NCBI GenBank assembly: GCA_044868105.1
Contig: JBIOWC010000196.1
Coordinates: forward strand, 198 to 64,197
Length of the DNA: 64,000 nt
From: Blastocatellia bacterium
GTDB lineage: Bacteria; Acidobacteriota; Blastocatellia; UBA7656
Reading direction: 5' to 3'
This document shows positions 18,513 to 27,419 of this stretch, piece by piece. Position 1 is the stretch's first letter. Each line of letters opens with the position of its first letter. The translations under genes were made by a program, and so were the position numbers. Under the pieces are notes generated by a model. That model did no database searches, had not been told where the DNA came from, and saw only the letters and a list, made by a program, of their open reading frames with translations.

Positions 18513-18741
18513 TGATCGGTAGTCTACGAAAGTCGCATCGCTAGTGAGAACATAGCGCTTGCCGGGGTCGCAGACTTGGCGTTCTTGGCGAAAGCTTGGC
18601 GTCTTGGCGTGAAACCACCCCCGCGACCATCCCCTTTCTCGCCAAGACGCTATGCTCCGCAAAGCTCGCCAAGGAGGATAGCGCTTACCAACACGCATCG
18701 ACAGGAACTTGAGCAACACAACTTTAAGAGACTACCGAAAT
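18513..18741. repeat. About 230-bp imperfect long palindrome / structured element downstream of the beta-lactamase-family gene
   Basis: Outer inverted pair CGGTAGTCTACGAAA ... AGAGACTACCGAAAT. ATAGCGCTT(G/A)CC direct repeats. Triple CTTGGCG (18575-18611) opposed to CGCCAAG x2 (18641-18675), centred on GAAACCACCCCCGCGACCATCCCC. Confidence 0.55.
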
Positions 18742-18780
18742 TTCCTTGACCGGAAATCGCGCCAGCCTCTATGCTAACCG

Positions 18781-18885
18781 TGTATAGTGGTCGTGGTGAT
18801 TTAAAGCAAATTGCTCCACGTTAAAGATGTGCTAAATCGCAAGGAAAATTTTCAGGCCTTGTGCAAATTTAGCACAAGGCTTTTT
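18781..18885 (+). ncRNA. Candidate small RNA or leader/attenuator transcript upstream of the peroxiredoxin gene
   Basis: Putative promoter TTGACC (18746-18751) with a 17-18 nt spacer and CTATGCT. About 100 nt downstream is a strong intrinsic terminator, GCCTTGTGC-AAATTTA-GCACAAGGC + TTTTT (18856-18885). It is nested in a larger GTGCTAAAT/ATTTAGCAC inverted repeat and lies about 115 bp upstream of the prx start. Confidence 0.3.
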
Positions 18886-19000
18886 CGTTGGATGGCAGCG
18901 AAAATAAAAGCTGTTATGATTAATAGCCCATTCTTTCAAGGGTAGCCCCCTGAAAGTAGAGCTTAAAGTTCAAAATTTAATGAGAAAGGACGCAAACAAC

Positions 19001-19636
19001 ATGGCTCTGAGATTAGGAGACACAGCACCCGATTTTACTGCGGATACTACGGAAGGCACGATCAATTTTCACGAATGGCTCGGCGAAGGCTGGGGAGTTC
19101 TGTTTTCACACCCGAAAGATTTTACACCCGTTTGTACCACTGAACTTGGCGCGGCAGCACGACTCAAACCCGAATTTGAAAAACGCAATGTGAAAATAAT
19201 CGGTCTCAGCGTTGACCCGCTCGATTCTCACAAAGGTTGGGCATCAGACATCGAAGAGACGCAAGGCCAGGCGTTGAATTTCCCGGTCATCGCCGATGCT
19301 GACCGGAAAGTGTCAGACCTCTACGATATGATTCATCCCAATGCCAGCGACACCTTTACCGTGCGTTCCGTATTCGTCATCGGACCCGATAAGAAGGTCA
19401 AATTAACGCTGACTTATCCGGCAAGCACCGGTCGCAACTTCGATGAACTGCTGCGAGTGATAGATTCGTTGCAACTGACCGCCAAACACAGCGTGGCAAC
19501 CCCCGTAAACTGGAAACACGGCGAAGATGTCATCATCGTTCCGGCGCTTTCCGATGAACAGGCAAAAGAGAAATTCCCCGAAGGTTGGAAGACGCTCAAA
19601 CCTTACCTGCGCGTCGTTAAACAACCGGGAAATTAA
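19001..19636 (+). CDS. Peroxiredoxin (1-Cys Prx / Prx6 subfamily)
   Basis: FTPVCTTE peroxidatic-Cys motif. SD GAGAAAGGA lies before the ATG at 19001. An intrinsic terminator follows at 19663-19698. Confidence 0.85.
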   Translation: MALRLGDTAPDFTADTTEGTINFHEWLGEGWGVLFSHPKDFTPVCTTELGAAARLKPEFEKRNVKIIGLSVDPLDSHKGWASDIEETQGQALNFPVIADADRKVSDLYDMIHPNASDTFTVRSVFVIGPDKKVKLTLTYPASTGRNFDELLRVIDSLQLTAKHSVATPVNWKHGEDVIIVPALSDEQAKEKFPEGWKTLKPYLRVVKQPGN

Positions 19637-19662
19637 TCCCGCCAAAACGAATGAGCGAGACA

Positions 19663-19698
19663 AAAGGCTGCCGACATCGGCAGCCTTTTGTGATTTGC
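19663..19698 (+). terminator. Rho-independent terminator downstream of the peroxiredoxin
   Basis: AAAAGGCTGCCG-ACAT-CGGCAGCCTTTT hairpin followed by GTGATTTG. Confidence 0.65.
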
Positions 19699-19736
19699 GA
19701 TTTGAAAGCTGAGATTTGAAATTGAAATTTGAATAA

Positions 19737-20321
19737 CTAATCGCCGCTATCGGGCGCTTCCTTGAACTTGCGTTTGGCGAGTTGTTGCTTTACGCCTTCG
19801 GTATAGAGTTTGATAAATTCCAAAATCGAAAGGCGCTGCGGTTTGCCTTCGTAATAGAAGGTGCAAGCGTGTCCGATTTCGCGTTGCAGAAGTTTCAAAT
19901 CCAACGGGTCAAGCGGAAATTTCAAGCAGGCTTTTGGCGCGTGCGGCGATGTATATATCGAACAATGGGTGTTAAAGGGTCCTTCATCAACAAAGAAAGG
20001 ACACTCGAATTGAATCTTGCAACAGAGTCCGCAACGATTACATTCGCCTTTTTGATAGGCCTTGTAACGATGCACTAAATTATCGGGCAAGACATTTGAT
20101 AGGATGGTGCGTCGGAGGGCCGCCCAGGTGTGTAGAGAAAACGGGGCACGCGAAACCTTTTTCGCAACCGCTCTGGTCATTTGCAAATACATCCATTTGC
20201 GTGATGGCACCTCTTTGGGAAGTTGGGGGTCTGGGGCGGACGACGAGATGATATTCGTGAAAACGTGGATAACTCGCCCGCCTTTCTGTTTTTCTTGACT
20301 CATCAGATTAACCCTTTTCAA
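19737..20321 (-). CDS. YkgJ-family (UPF0153) putative zinc/iron-sulfur cluster protein
   Basis: The CNRCGLCC motif (CxxCxxCC) and additional Cys residues (CPFF..HC..C). 194 aa. Confidence 0.55.
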   Translation of the reverse strand: MKRVNLMSQEKQKGGRVIHVFTNIISSSAPDPQLPKEVPSRKWMYLQMTRAVAKKVSRAPFSLHTWAALRRTILSNVLPDNLVHRYKAYQKGECNRCGLCCKIQFECPFFVDEGPFNTHCSIYTSPHAPKACLKFPLDPLDLKLLQREIGHACTFYYEGKPQRLSILEFIKLYTEGVKQQLAKRKFKEAPDSGD

Positions 20322-20561
20322 TGTGAATTGATTGCTTGTCGTTTCGGAAGCTTGACTTAAGATTATACGAAACTTATTTGGGTAAAGCGTCTAACAACTA
20401 CGCGAAAACAGTATCATCATATTAGTGAGCAAAGCAACTTACAAGAGTTTTGATTTCCCGCCTGAAAACGCTATCTAATCAACTGGCAGTCATTTATGCA
20501 AAACCTTCTTTCTGTAAATTCAGGATTAAAAACGCTAGCTCCCGGCAAGCGGATAATAGGG

Positions 20562-20589
20562 TTGACCCGTTCATTGTTCGATTTATAAT
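20562..20589 (+). promoter_or_regulatory. Near-consensus sigma70-type promoter upstream of the M48 membrane-peptidase gene
   Basis: TTGACC (20562-20567), a 16-nt spacer, then TATAAT (20584-20589). It lies about 55 bp upstream of the start at 20643, inside an AT-rich divergent intergenic region. Confidence 0.45.
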
Positions 20590-20642
20590 CGTGACGTTCA
20601 CCACGATTTTAGCCCCTCAATCATTCACGAAAAAACCAATCG

Positions 20643-23504
20643 GTGAAACTTATGAAAGCAATCCCAGGGCGATTTTTTCGTTCGCTAACCTGTGTCTTTG
20701 GCGCTCTTTTCTGCCTGGTTTTCTTTGTTCAGGGCAATTACAGCTTAAACAAAGAGTCGGTGCGGCGTGACCTTGGATTAAATTTTCAGATTGATAAAAC
20801 CGGCAAGACGGAAATCTTCATCACTTTTTTCGCCGAGCCGCCGCCCGTCGAACGATTGCAAACGGCGCTGGCGGATTCGCTGGGCTGCGCGATTGAAAAC
20901 GCGAGCCTTGAAAAAATTGACCTCAAGGCTGACCCGGTTGATGCGGACGAAGACGAGTTCGATGAGGAGGGTTTAGACCCCGAAGACCAACCGGTTCCCT
21001 CCCAGGCGCAAAGCCCGGCCTTGCAATCCGCAGCGACAGAGTCGCCAAGCTCAATAACCTGCTACTGGGTATTTAAAGCGACAGCCGTTGCTTTCACCCA
21101 ACGGGGATTTTATTTTGCAGGCGCCATCCGTGTCGCGCCACTCCTTGAATTATTCAAAGCTTATGACATAAAAACTTTAACCGTTACCGTCATGCATCCG
21201 CGTTGGGGATCAGCCGATTGCACGACCGGCGAATCGGTATTCGGCAAAGGCGACCTCGGTTATCACCTCTACCGCCTTTCAGTTGATCATCCGTCATTGC
21301 CGACCATCAACATTGGCTTCGGTTACCAATCGTCGGCCTTCATCCTGCCGTTGGCGCTGACCGTCGCTTTTCTGATTCTGCCTGTCGTCCTGGTAAGCTT
21401 GCTGCGCTGGATGGTTTTACGCGCTCACGGTGACGCCCAGTACACGGCATGGGTGCGTTTGTGGCAGACGACCAGTTGGGTTTCAATTCTGGTCTGGGTC
21501 GGGTGGAGTTTTATTTTTTCATTCCGCTCGATGCTCGAAATATTCAGCCTGCTTTGGTCAACTGGCACGTCGGTCTTGCACGCAGGATTTAATATCGCCA
21601 TCTATCTTATCCCGCCCATTCTGGTCGTTGGAATCTGTTACGCCTTGATGCTCTCGGTGCACACACGTTTGCGCGGCATCATTTTTACCTGGAAAGATAT
21701 GGCGCGGCAGGTCTTGTTGGAACAGGTTGCTGGCATCATCCTTGTGCTTTTCGTTACCCTCGGCATCACCAATATTTTTACGGCGCCACGACGCGGCCTG
21801 TTGTGGTTAGTCGCCGCCTTTGCGAGCGCCTCAATCGTTGCCCAATTGAAAAAGCGGGGGTTGAACTTAAAGCCCTTTGCTCTGGAAGTCGGTGATTTGC
21901 GCGACCGAATATTTGAGCTGGCACAGCGTTGCGGCGTCAAATTGAAACAGGTCTATGTGCTGCCGGAAGATCAATTCAAAATGGTTAATGCGATGGCCAG
22001 CAATCAAGACCACATCATTTTGACCAACGCGCTGCTCACCAATTTAACCAAGCCTGAGGTAGATGCGGTGGTCGGCCACGAATTGGGGCATCTGAAACAC
22101 AATCACCCAAAAACCCTGGGGATGATTTTTGTTGGCGGAATTATGTTCTTGCAAATTGGTTCCGGCCTGGTCGAGGCCTTGCTGCGGGTAGATTTCGCCT
22201 TCAGCCTGTGCGTCCTGGTCTATTTGCTGACGACCAACTTCCTCTCGCGCAAGTTTGAATATACGGCGGATATGCATTCCGCTTATTTGATGGGCGATGC
22301 GCGCCCCTTGATTGCGGCGCTGACCAAAATGAATCGGCTGATGTTGCTACCCGTGAGCAGCAACAAAATGCATGAGTTGATTTCAACTCATCCGACGACC
22401 GCCAACCGCGTAGAAGCGTTGGCGCGTTTTGGCAACATTCCCGCCGAAGAGTTAAACGCCTTAGTCAGCGAATCTCCCGCGTCAGATGAACCGGCAACGG
22501 CGGCCTATCAAGCGCTCGCTGCTACTGAAGGCTATGACCTCGCGCCGATTGTGGCGAACGAAAGCCGAATTTTTTCTTCGGATTTCAAAAAGCGGCTATC
22601 AGCGCGCGTCACCTGGTTGATGATTGGCGCCCTGGTTCTGGTGCCGGCGCTGGTGGCTCTGGTCGCGCAAATTTTAAACATCAGTGGAGTGATGAAGTGG
22701 ATGGTGTATGGCGCAGGTTTTCTTGCGGCGCTCGCAGCCTTCTTTTGGGTAGCCAACGTGCCTCCGGTCTGGGGCTGTCAAGCGCTGATGAAAAAATGGC
22801 GCGAAAAATTAGAAAATGAAGGAATTTTTCCCGAAGCCTGGCAAGGAATTTTCGTCGGTCTATCGCCTTCACCTGAACTGATGACTTACGAAAATAATAC
22901 CGACTGGGATATTGGCTATCTCTTCCTTAACCGCGACCGACTCTGTTATGTCGGCGAGCAGGCCCGCTTTGCTTTGCGCTCGGACCAGGTTGTTGAAATC
23001 AAGCTGATGAATGATTCGCTCGGCTGGTTAAAGTACGAGCGCGTCCACATACATTGGTTCGACGCTGAGAAAAATGCCGTTAAGACTTTGAATATCCATT
23101 CCTGCGCGGCACGTTCAATTCTGGATGGCAATCGCCAATCGCGCGAGCTGGCGCAAAAACTGCGCGCCTGGAAAAGTCCTGCGACCCTAGGCCCGGAGCT
23201 TCAACCGCGGCTCGCTGATTTGCCCACGCCGAAGCTTGGCGAAGTCACCGGCACGCCTACAGGGCAATCCCTGGCACGAGGGAAATGGCTAATCAATTCT
23301 CTCTACCTGACGGGGATGGCCGCCGTTGCCGCCTTATTTTCGCAGTTATCATTTAATCCTCAAAAAGGTGGCGCAGCGCTCTATGTGGTAAGCGTCACCT
23401 GGTTGCTTTCTTACCTTCAGGCTCTGCCGGTGCTTGCCCGCAACCGAAAACAGAGAATGAAAGCCAAGCAACAAGCGCTCGCTTATTCCCAACCGGGAAG
23501 TTAA
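20643..23504 (+). CDS. Large polytopic membrane protein containing an M48 (HtpX/Ste24-like) zinc-metallopeptidase domain with N- and C-terminal extensions
   Basis: VVGHELGHLKHNH (HEXXH) followed by EYTADMHSA (third zinc ligand, ExxAD). Multiple TM blocks lie on both sides. 953 aa. A near-consensus promoter sits about 55 bp upstream. Confidence 0.65.
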   Translation: MKLMKAIPGRFFRSLTCVFGALFCLVFFVQGNYSLNKESVRRDLGLNFQIDKTGKTEIFITFFAEPPPVERLQTALADSLGCAIENASLEKIDLKADPVDADEDEFDEEGLDPEDQPVPSQAQSPALQSAATESPSSITCYWVFKATAVAFTQRGFYFAGAIRVAPLLELFKAYDIKTLTVTVMHPRWGSADCTTGESVFGKGDLGYHLYRLSVDHPSLPTINIGFGYQSSAFILPLALTVAFLILPVVLVSLLRWMVLRAHGDAQYTAWVRLWQTTSWVSILVWVGWSFIFSFRSMLEIFSLLWSTGTSVLHAGFNIAIYLIPPILVVGICYALMLSVHTRLRGIIFTWKDMARQVLLEQVAGIILVLFVTLGITNIFTAPRRGLLWLVAAFASASIVAQLKKRGLNLKPFALEVGDLRDRIFELAQRCGVKLKQVYVLPEDQFKMVNAMASNQDHIILTNALLTNLTKPEVDAVVGHELGHLKHNHPKTLGMIFVGGIMFLQIGSGLVEALLRVDFAFSLCVLVYLLTTNFLSRKFEYTADMHSAYLMGDARPLIAALTKMNRLMLLPVSSNKMHELISTHPTTANRVEALARFGNIPAEELNALVSESPASDEPATAAYQALAATEGYDLAPIVANESRIFSSDFKKRLSARVTWLMIGALVLVPALVALVAQILNISGVMKWMVYGAGFLAALAAFFWVANVPPVWGCQALMKKWREKLENEGIFPEAWQGIFVGLSPSPELMTYENNTDWDIGYLFLNRDRLCYVGEQARFALRSDQVVEIKLMNDSLGWLKYERVHIHWFDAEKNAVKTLNIHSCAARSILDGNRQSRELAQKLRAWKSPATLGPELQPRLADLPTPKLGEVTGTPTGQSLARGKWLINSLYLTGMAAVAALFSQLSFNPQKGGAALYVVSVTWLLSYLQALPVLARNRKQRMKAKQQALAYSQPGS

Positions 23505-23611
23505 GGCAAATCAATTGAGGGTTGCAAACGCTTGTTCTATTTGGCCGCAAAAGTTATCCTCAATTTCGCTGCAACCAATTGTCAAAAGCCCATCCGCTTC
23601 GGAGATTGAGG

Positions 23612-24070
23612 ATGTCCGTAAAAACGAAATATTGTTCGGAGTGCGGTCAAAAAATAAACCCTCGTCGCGCCAGGGTTTTGCCTTTACGTCTGCTTTGTCC
23701 CATTTGCAAGCCGCGCTTTTCCGCATTTCGTTTTGCGTGGTTTATGAGCTTCGTTGTCTGCCTGGTCAGTAGCTTTCTTATCGGGCGTTATACAGCGCCC
23801 GCCGAATCATTCAACTTTATTGGCACGCCTATCGAATTAGCAGCGCCCGTCTATCCCAATCAAATCAAACCCGAGCCCGCCCCAGCCCTGGTTAACGAAG
23901 ACCTTATCACCAGTTGCGGCGCGCCTACGAAAGCCGGTCATCCGTGCCGTCGCAAAGTTCACGGCTGGGGATATTGTTGGCAACATCGCGACAAGTTGGG
24001 CAAGAAACCTTTACCGAAAGAGCCTGAGCTGTTGAACAAAATCGAGAAAGCCGGAATTGTCGTGCAATAA
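23612..24070 (+). CDS. Membrane-anchored double zinc-ribbon protein (hypothetical)
   Basis: N-terminal ribbon CSECGQ..CPICKP, then a TM helix (FAWFMSFVVCLVSSFLIG). A C-terminal Cys/His cluster follows (HPCRRKVHGWGYCWQH). Only 18 bp separate it from the downstream kptA. Confidence 0.5.
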   Translation: MSVKTKYCSECGQKINPRRARVLPLRLLCPICKPRFSAFRFAWFMSFVVCLVSSFLIGRYTAPAESFNFIGTPIELAAPVYPNQIKPEPAPALVNEDLITSCGAPTKAGHPCRRKVHGWGYCWQHRDKLGKKPLPKEPELLNKIEKAGIVVQ

Positions 24071-24087
24071 TTTTGCTGTAGAATTTT

Positions 24088-24627
24088 ATGCGAAAAGAGT
24101 TAGTCAAGGTCAGCAAATTTTTAAGCCTGGTGTTAAGGCATCAACCGGAAAAAATCGGCCTCACGCTTGACGAAGCAGGATGGGTTGAGGTCACTGAACT
24201 GCTGCACGCCTGTCATGAAAACGGCTTCGTCATCACCCGCCCGGTGCTTGAAGAAGTTGTGCAAACGAATGATAAAAAGCGCTTCGCCTTCAGCGAAGAC
24301 GGTTTGAAAATCCGCGCCAGTCAGGGTCATTCAATCGAAGTGGAACTGGCTTATGCGCCCCTCACGCCGCCTGAAATTTTGTATCACGGCACGGCGACGC
24401 GATTTTTGGATTCGATAAAAGCGCAAGGCTTGTTAAAAGGCCAGCGTCACCACGTGCATCTTTCCGGCGACCAAGAAACCGCCACCCGTGTCGGCGCGCG
24501 TCACGGCAAACCGCTGGTGTTAATTATCGAATCCGGTCGCATGCATGCAGCTGGGTTCCCCTTTTACCAATCCGAAAACGGCGTCTGGCTCACCGACCAC
24601 GTGCCCAGTACTTACATTCGCTTTTAA
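24088..24627 (+). CDS. kptA: RNA 2'-phosphotransferase (Tpt1/KptA family)
   Basis: Canonical KptA N-terminal [25 protein letters not shown]...GWV and an HHVHL core. 179 aa. Confidence 0.85.
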   Translation: MRKELVKVSKFLSLVLRHQPEKIGLTLDEAGWVEVTELLHACHENGFVITRPVLEEVVQTNDKKRFAFSEDGLKIRASQGHSIEVELAYAPLTPPEILYHGTATRFLDSIKAQGLLKGQRHHVHLSGDQETATRVGARHGKPLVLIIESGRMHAAGFPFYQSENGVWLTDHVPSTYIRF

Positions 24628-24700
24628 TTCAGTTGCCAGTTGGTGGCGCAGCACTTTCATATTGCTGTTGGCGCGGCGAATCTCTAGAATTCTAAGCTTT

Positions 24701-25777
24701 ATGGACAATCTGGTTCTTGCCAATCTTTTCTATCGCAAAACGCGAACCATTACGACGGCGGCGGGCGTAGCGCTCGGCGTGGCGCTTGTGGTTTTAACCG
24801 TCGGCATCGTCAACGGATTTTTGAATGAACAGGGACGGCGCAATTCTGCGGTCACCGCCGAAATCATCTACTTTTCGCAAGGCGGCATTTTGAATCTCTC
24901 GCCGAGACTGGAAATTAAACAAGAGGTTTTGGAGCAGATTCGCAAAATCGAAGGCGTGACGGAAGTCGTCCCGCTCGGTCAACTCACGCAAGAAAACCGC
25001 AGCATCAATGGTATCGAGTACGAACCGTTCACGCGGGTTTCAGGCATGCGCGTCGTCGAAGGCCGGCCGTTTCAAGCGGCCGACGAAGCCATTGTTGACC
25101 GCGTGCTTGAGCGCGAACGAAAACTTAAACTTGGCGATGAAATCGAAGTCATCGGCAGAAAATTTCGCGTCGTCGGCATTTACGAACCCGAATCTTTTGC
25201 GCGCATTAAAATTCCGCTTTCAACCCTGCAAACCTATCTCAATCGGCCGGGGCTCTGTTCGCAAATCCTCATTAAAGTTAAAGACCCGAATACGCAGGAA
25301 GCGATTGCCCAACGCATCAAACAACAATTTCCCGATAGCGATATTCAACTGACTCGCGATTTGCCGATTTTATATGCTCGCGGCACTCCCGCTTTGCAAA
25401 CTTTTTTGCGCGTCGTCATCGGGCTTGCCATCGTCGTCAGTTCCCTGGTTATTCTGCTGGCCATGTACACCACGGTCGTTGAACGCACCCGTCAGATAGG
25501 TGTGCTCAAAAGTCTCGGCGCGTCGAAAGGCTGGATTGCCGGAGAGATTGAAAAAGAGGCGTTGCTGATTAGCTTAATCGGCGTGCTGTCGGGATTTCTC
25601 TTATCGCTTATCGGCGAACTGATTATTCAGCGCTTCTCATCCGTGAAAGTCGAACTCCAGCCGCTCTGGTTTTTGTACACCTTTATCATCGGGCTTGCCG
25701 CCGGTTGTCTTGGGGCTTTATACCCGGCAATTCGCGCCGCCAATCAAGACCCCGTCAAGGCTTTGAGTTACGAATAA
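24701..25777 (+). CDS. ABC-transporter permease of the FtsX/MacB type (MacB periplasmic core domain plus FtsX 3-TM module), with no adjacent ATPase
   Basis: An N-terminal TM (TAAGVALGVALVVL), then a ~220-aa periplasmic domain, then three C-terminal TM helices with FtsX-like spacing. The ending ...AIRAANQDPVKALSYE is typical of the family. Confidence 0.75.
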   Translation: MDNLVLANLFYRKTRTITTAAGVALGVALVVLTVGIVNGFLNEQGRRNSAVTAEIIYFSQGGILNLSPRLEIKQEVLEQIRKIEGVTEVVPLGQLTQENRSINGIEYEPFTRVSGMRVVEGRPFQAADEAIVDRVLERERKLKLGDEIEVIGRKFRVVGIYEPESFARIKIPLSTLQTYLNRPGLCSQILIKVKDPNTQEAIAQRIKQQFPDSDIQLTRDLPILYARGTPALQTFLRVVIGLAIVVSSLVILLAMYTTVVERTRQIGVLKSLGASKGWIAGEIEKEALLISLIGVLSGFLLSLIGELIIQRFSSVKVELQPLWFLYTFIIGLAAGCLGALYPAIRAANQDPVKALSYE

Positions 25778-25784
25778 AGAAAAA

Positions 25785-25834
25785 GGCAAAAGGTAAATGG
25801 GAATTTTCCCGGTTCACCTTTTGCCCTTTGTATT
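25785..25834. terminator. Bidirectional terminator hairpin between convergent genes (FtsX-type permease on + and the secreted protein on -)
   Basis: GGCAAAAGGT ... ACCTTTTGCC 10-bp stem enclosing a second GGGAA/TTCCC hairpin. T-rich tracts flank it on both strands. Confidence 0.55.
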
Positions 25835-25852
25835 GCCCGACGACTGACGCGC

Positions 25853-26938
25853 TTATTTCACGGCTGCTACCAGTTCATTAATTCTGAGTTTGACGGCGCT
25901 GGCAAATCCTGCGACTTCTTCATCGCTTGCGCCGGCGGCTTTAAATGCATCCTGCAATTGTTCGGGCGTCAGTTTCCCGATGATACCGGCAAACCATTTG
26001 ACATGGGCAATCGGCATTTTCTCCAAGACCCCGGACATCACGCCGCCATAAGTGAAATCAATCTTTTTCTTGCCCACTCGCTCAATGAATTTCTGTTTCG
26101 AGTAATCTTTCACATCCCATTTATTGTGCTTGAAGACCGAGCCGCTTTTGCCTAATGAGCCGCCCCAGTCTGCCGTAATGTACCATTCATTGATGGTCGA
26201 GCCATCGGCATCATACATGCCTAAGACTTCATTGTTATCTTCTTTGGTGTCCCAGTTGTTCAGCAGCATGATGAGCATCACGAGTCCTGAAAATTCTTTG
26301 GTGTTGCTAAACGGATTCGATACCCAGGACCAGGGTTTGTTGCGGCGGGCGATATTTTCCGGGCGTTTTTCAAACATCGCATTTTTGAATGAGCCATCTT
26401 TCCCGACATAAGGTTTGGCGCGGTCTAAACCTTTCACGCCGTTAATCTGACCAGAGGCGACAAAATAACTCTCTTCAACCATATAGCCGCAAGCCCAGAC
26501 GATGCGACTGCAAGCGACTTCGGCATGGACTTCTTCGGCAAATTTGACATTCCACTTGACGCCGTTGGCATCGGTAACTTTGATTTTGGGATTGGTTCCC
26601 GATGAATCTTCTTTATCGAAGGTGAAGGGCGCTTTAGGCGCTTGTTCTTCGCTGCCAATGCCCCAATACAAGTTGAGCGACGAGACGTCGCCCCGGTCTT
26701 GAAATAACGCCGGTTTGCCGGTGGCAACCGGGGCTTTCATGGGCATTGCCGGAGCAGATTCCACGGCCGGTTCAGACTTTTTGCTTTCTTTAGCAATTTT
26801 TTTATTCTCTTTTTTATCCTCATTTTTCAGTTTGTTCTTTTGCGCAGCATTCGCGCTAAAACCGGCTGGTGCAAAAATGTTGGTCAGCCCTAATAACACC
26901 ACGAGCAAAAACGTAAACGATGGTTTTTTATTGAACAT
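25853..26938 (-). CDS. Secreted hypothetical protein with a Lys-rich low-complexity N-terminal region
   Basis: Signal peptide (FTFLLVVLLGLTNIFAPAGFSANA). The low-complexity region is KNKLKNEDKKENKKIAKESKKSE. The globular domain contains MLIMLLNNWDTKEDNN and ITADWGGSLG, a faint atypical-kinase-like pattern that is unconfirmed. Confidence 0.45.
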   Translation of the reverse strand: MFNKKPSFTFLLVVLLGLTNIFAPAGFSANAAQKNKLKNEDKKENKKIAKESKKSEPAVESAPAMPMKAPVATGKPALFQDRGDVSSLNLYWGIGSEEQAPKAPFTFDKEDSSGTNPKIKVTDANGVKWNVKFAEEVHAEVACSRIVWACGYMVEESYFVASGQINGVKGLDRAKPYVGKDGSFKNAMFEKRPENIARRNKPWSWVSNPFSNTKEFSGLVMLIMLLNNWDTKEDNNEVLGMYDADGSTINEWYITADWGGSLGKSGSVFKHNKWDVKDYSKQKFIERVGKKKIDFTYGGVMSGVLEKMPIAHVKWFAGIIGKLTPEQLQDAFKAAGASDEEVAGFASAVKLRINELVAAVK

Positions 26939-27419
26939 TTATATTTCCTCCATTGTCGAATCTTAAGCGCAGCGATTCTACAAGTAATTTAATAAATCTC
27001 AAAGAGTAAGGTGAAAAACGGTTTCTAAAAACGAACCGTCACAATACGGCGATTACGGTATTCCCTTTTCGTCAGCAGACCAGGCGCCTGAGGTGACCTC
27101 CTGCGCGGCTTTCTTTGACTAGTGGCAATCACCGGAAATTCATGTCGCGTCCGGTTACTTTAAGGATGAACGCCAGGTGATGAAGAGCGTTTACCCTTTA
27201 TTGCCGAGGTGGCATATAACGATGCGAGCAATCGGATGTTGGTTCTGTCAACTCATCCTTCATTCACCGAATCGGCACACAAAGTTGAATGCCGAAAGGA
27301 GAAAGTTGCTGAACCTCGCGCCATATTACTGCCTGCAGAGAATGTTTTTTCGGGGTTCAGGCAGCGCCGGCATCCAGCGAAAGCGCCGCCTGGTCAGCAG
27401 CAGTTTGCTTGACGAATGT

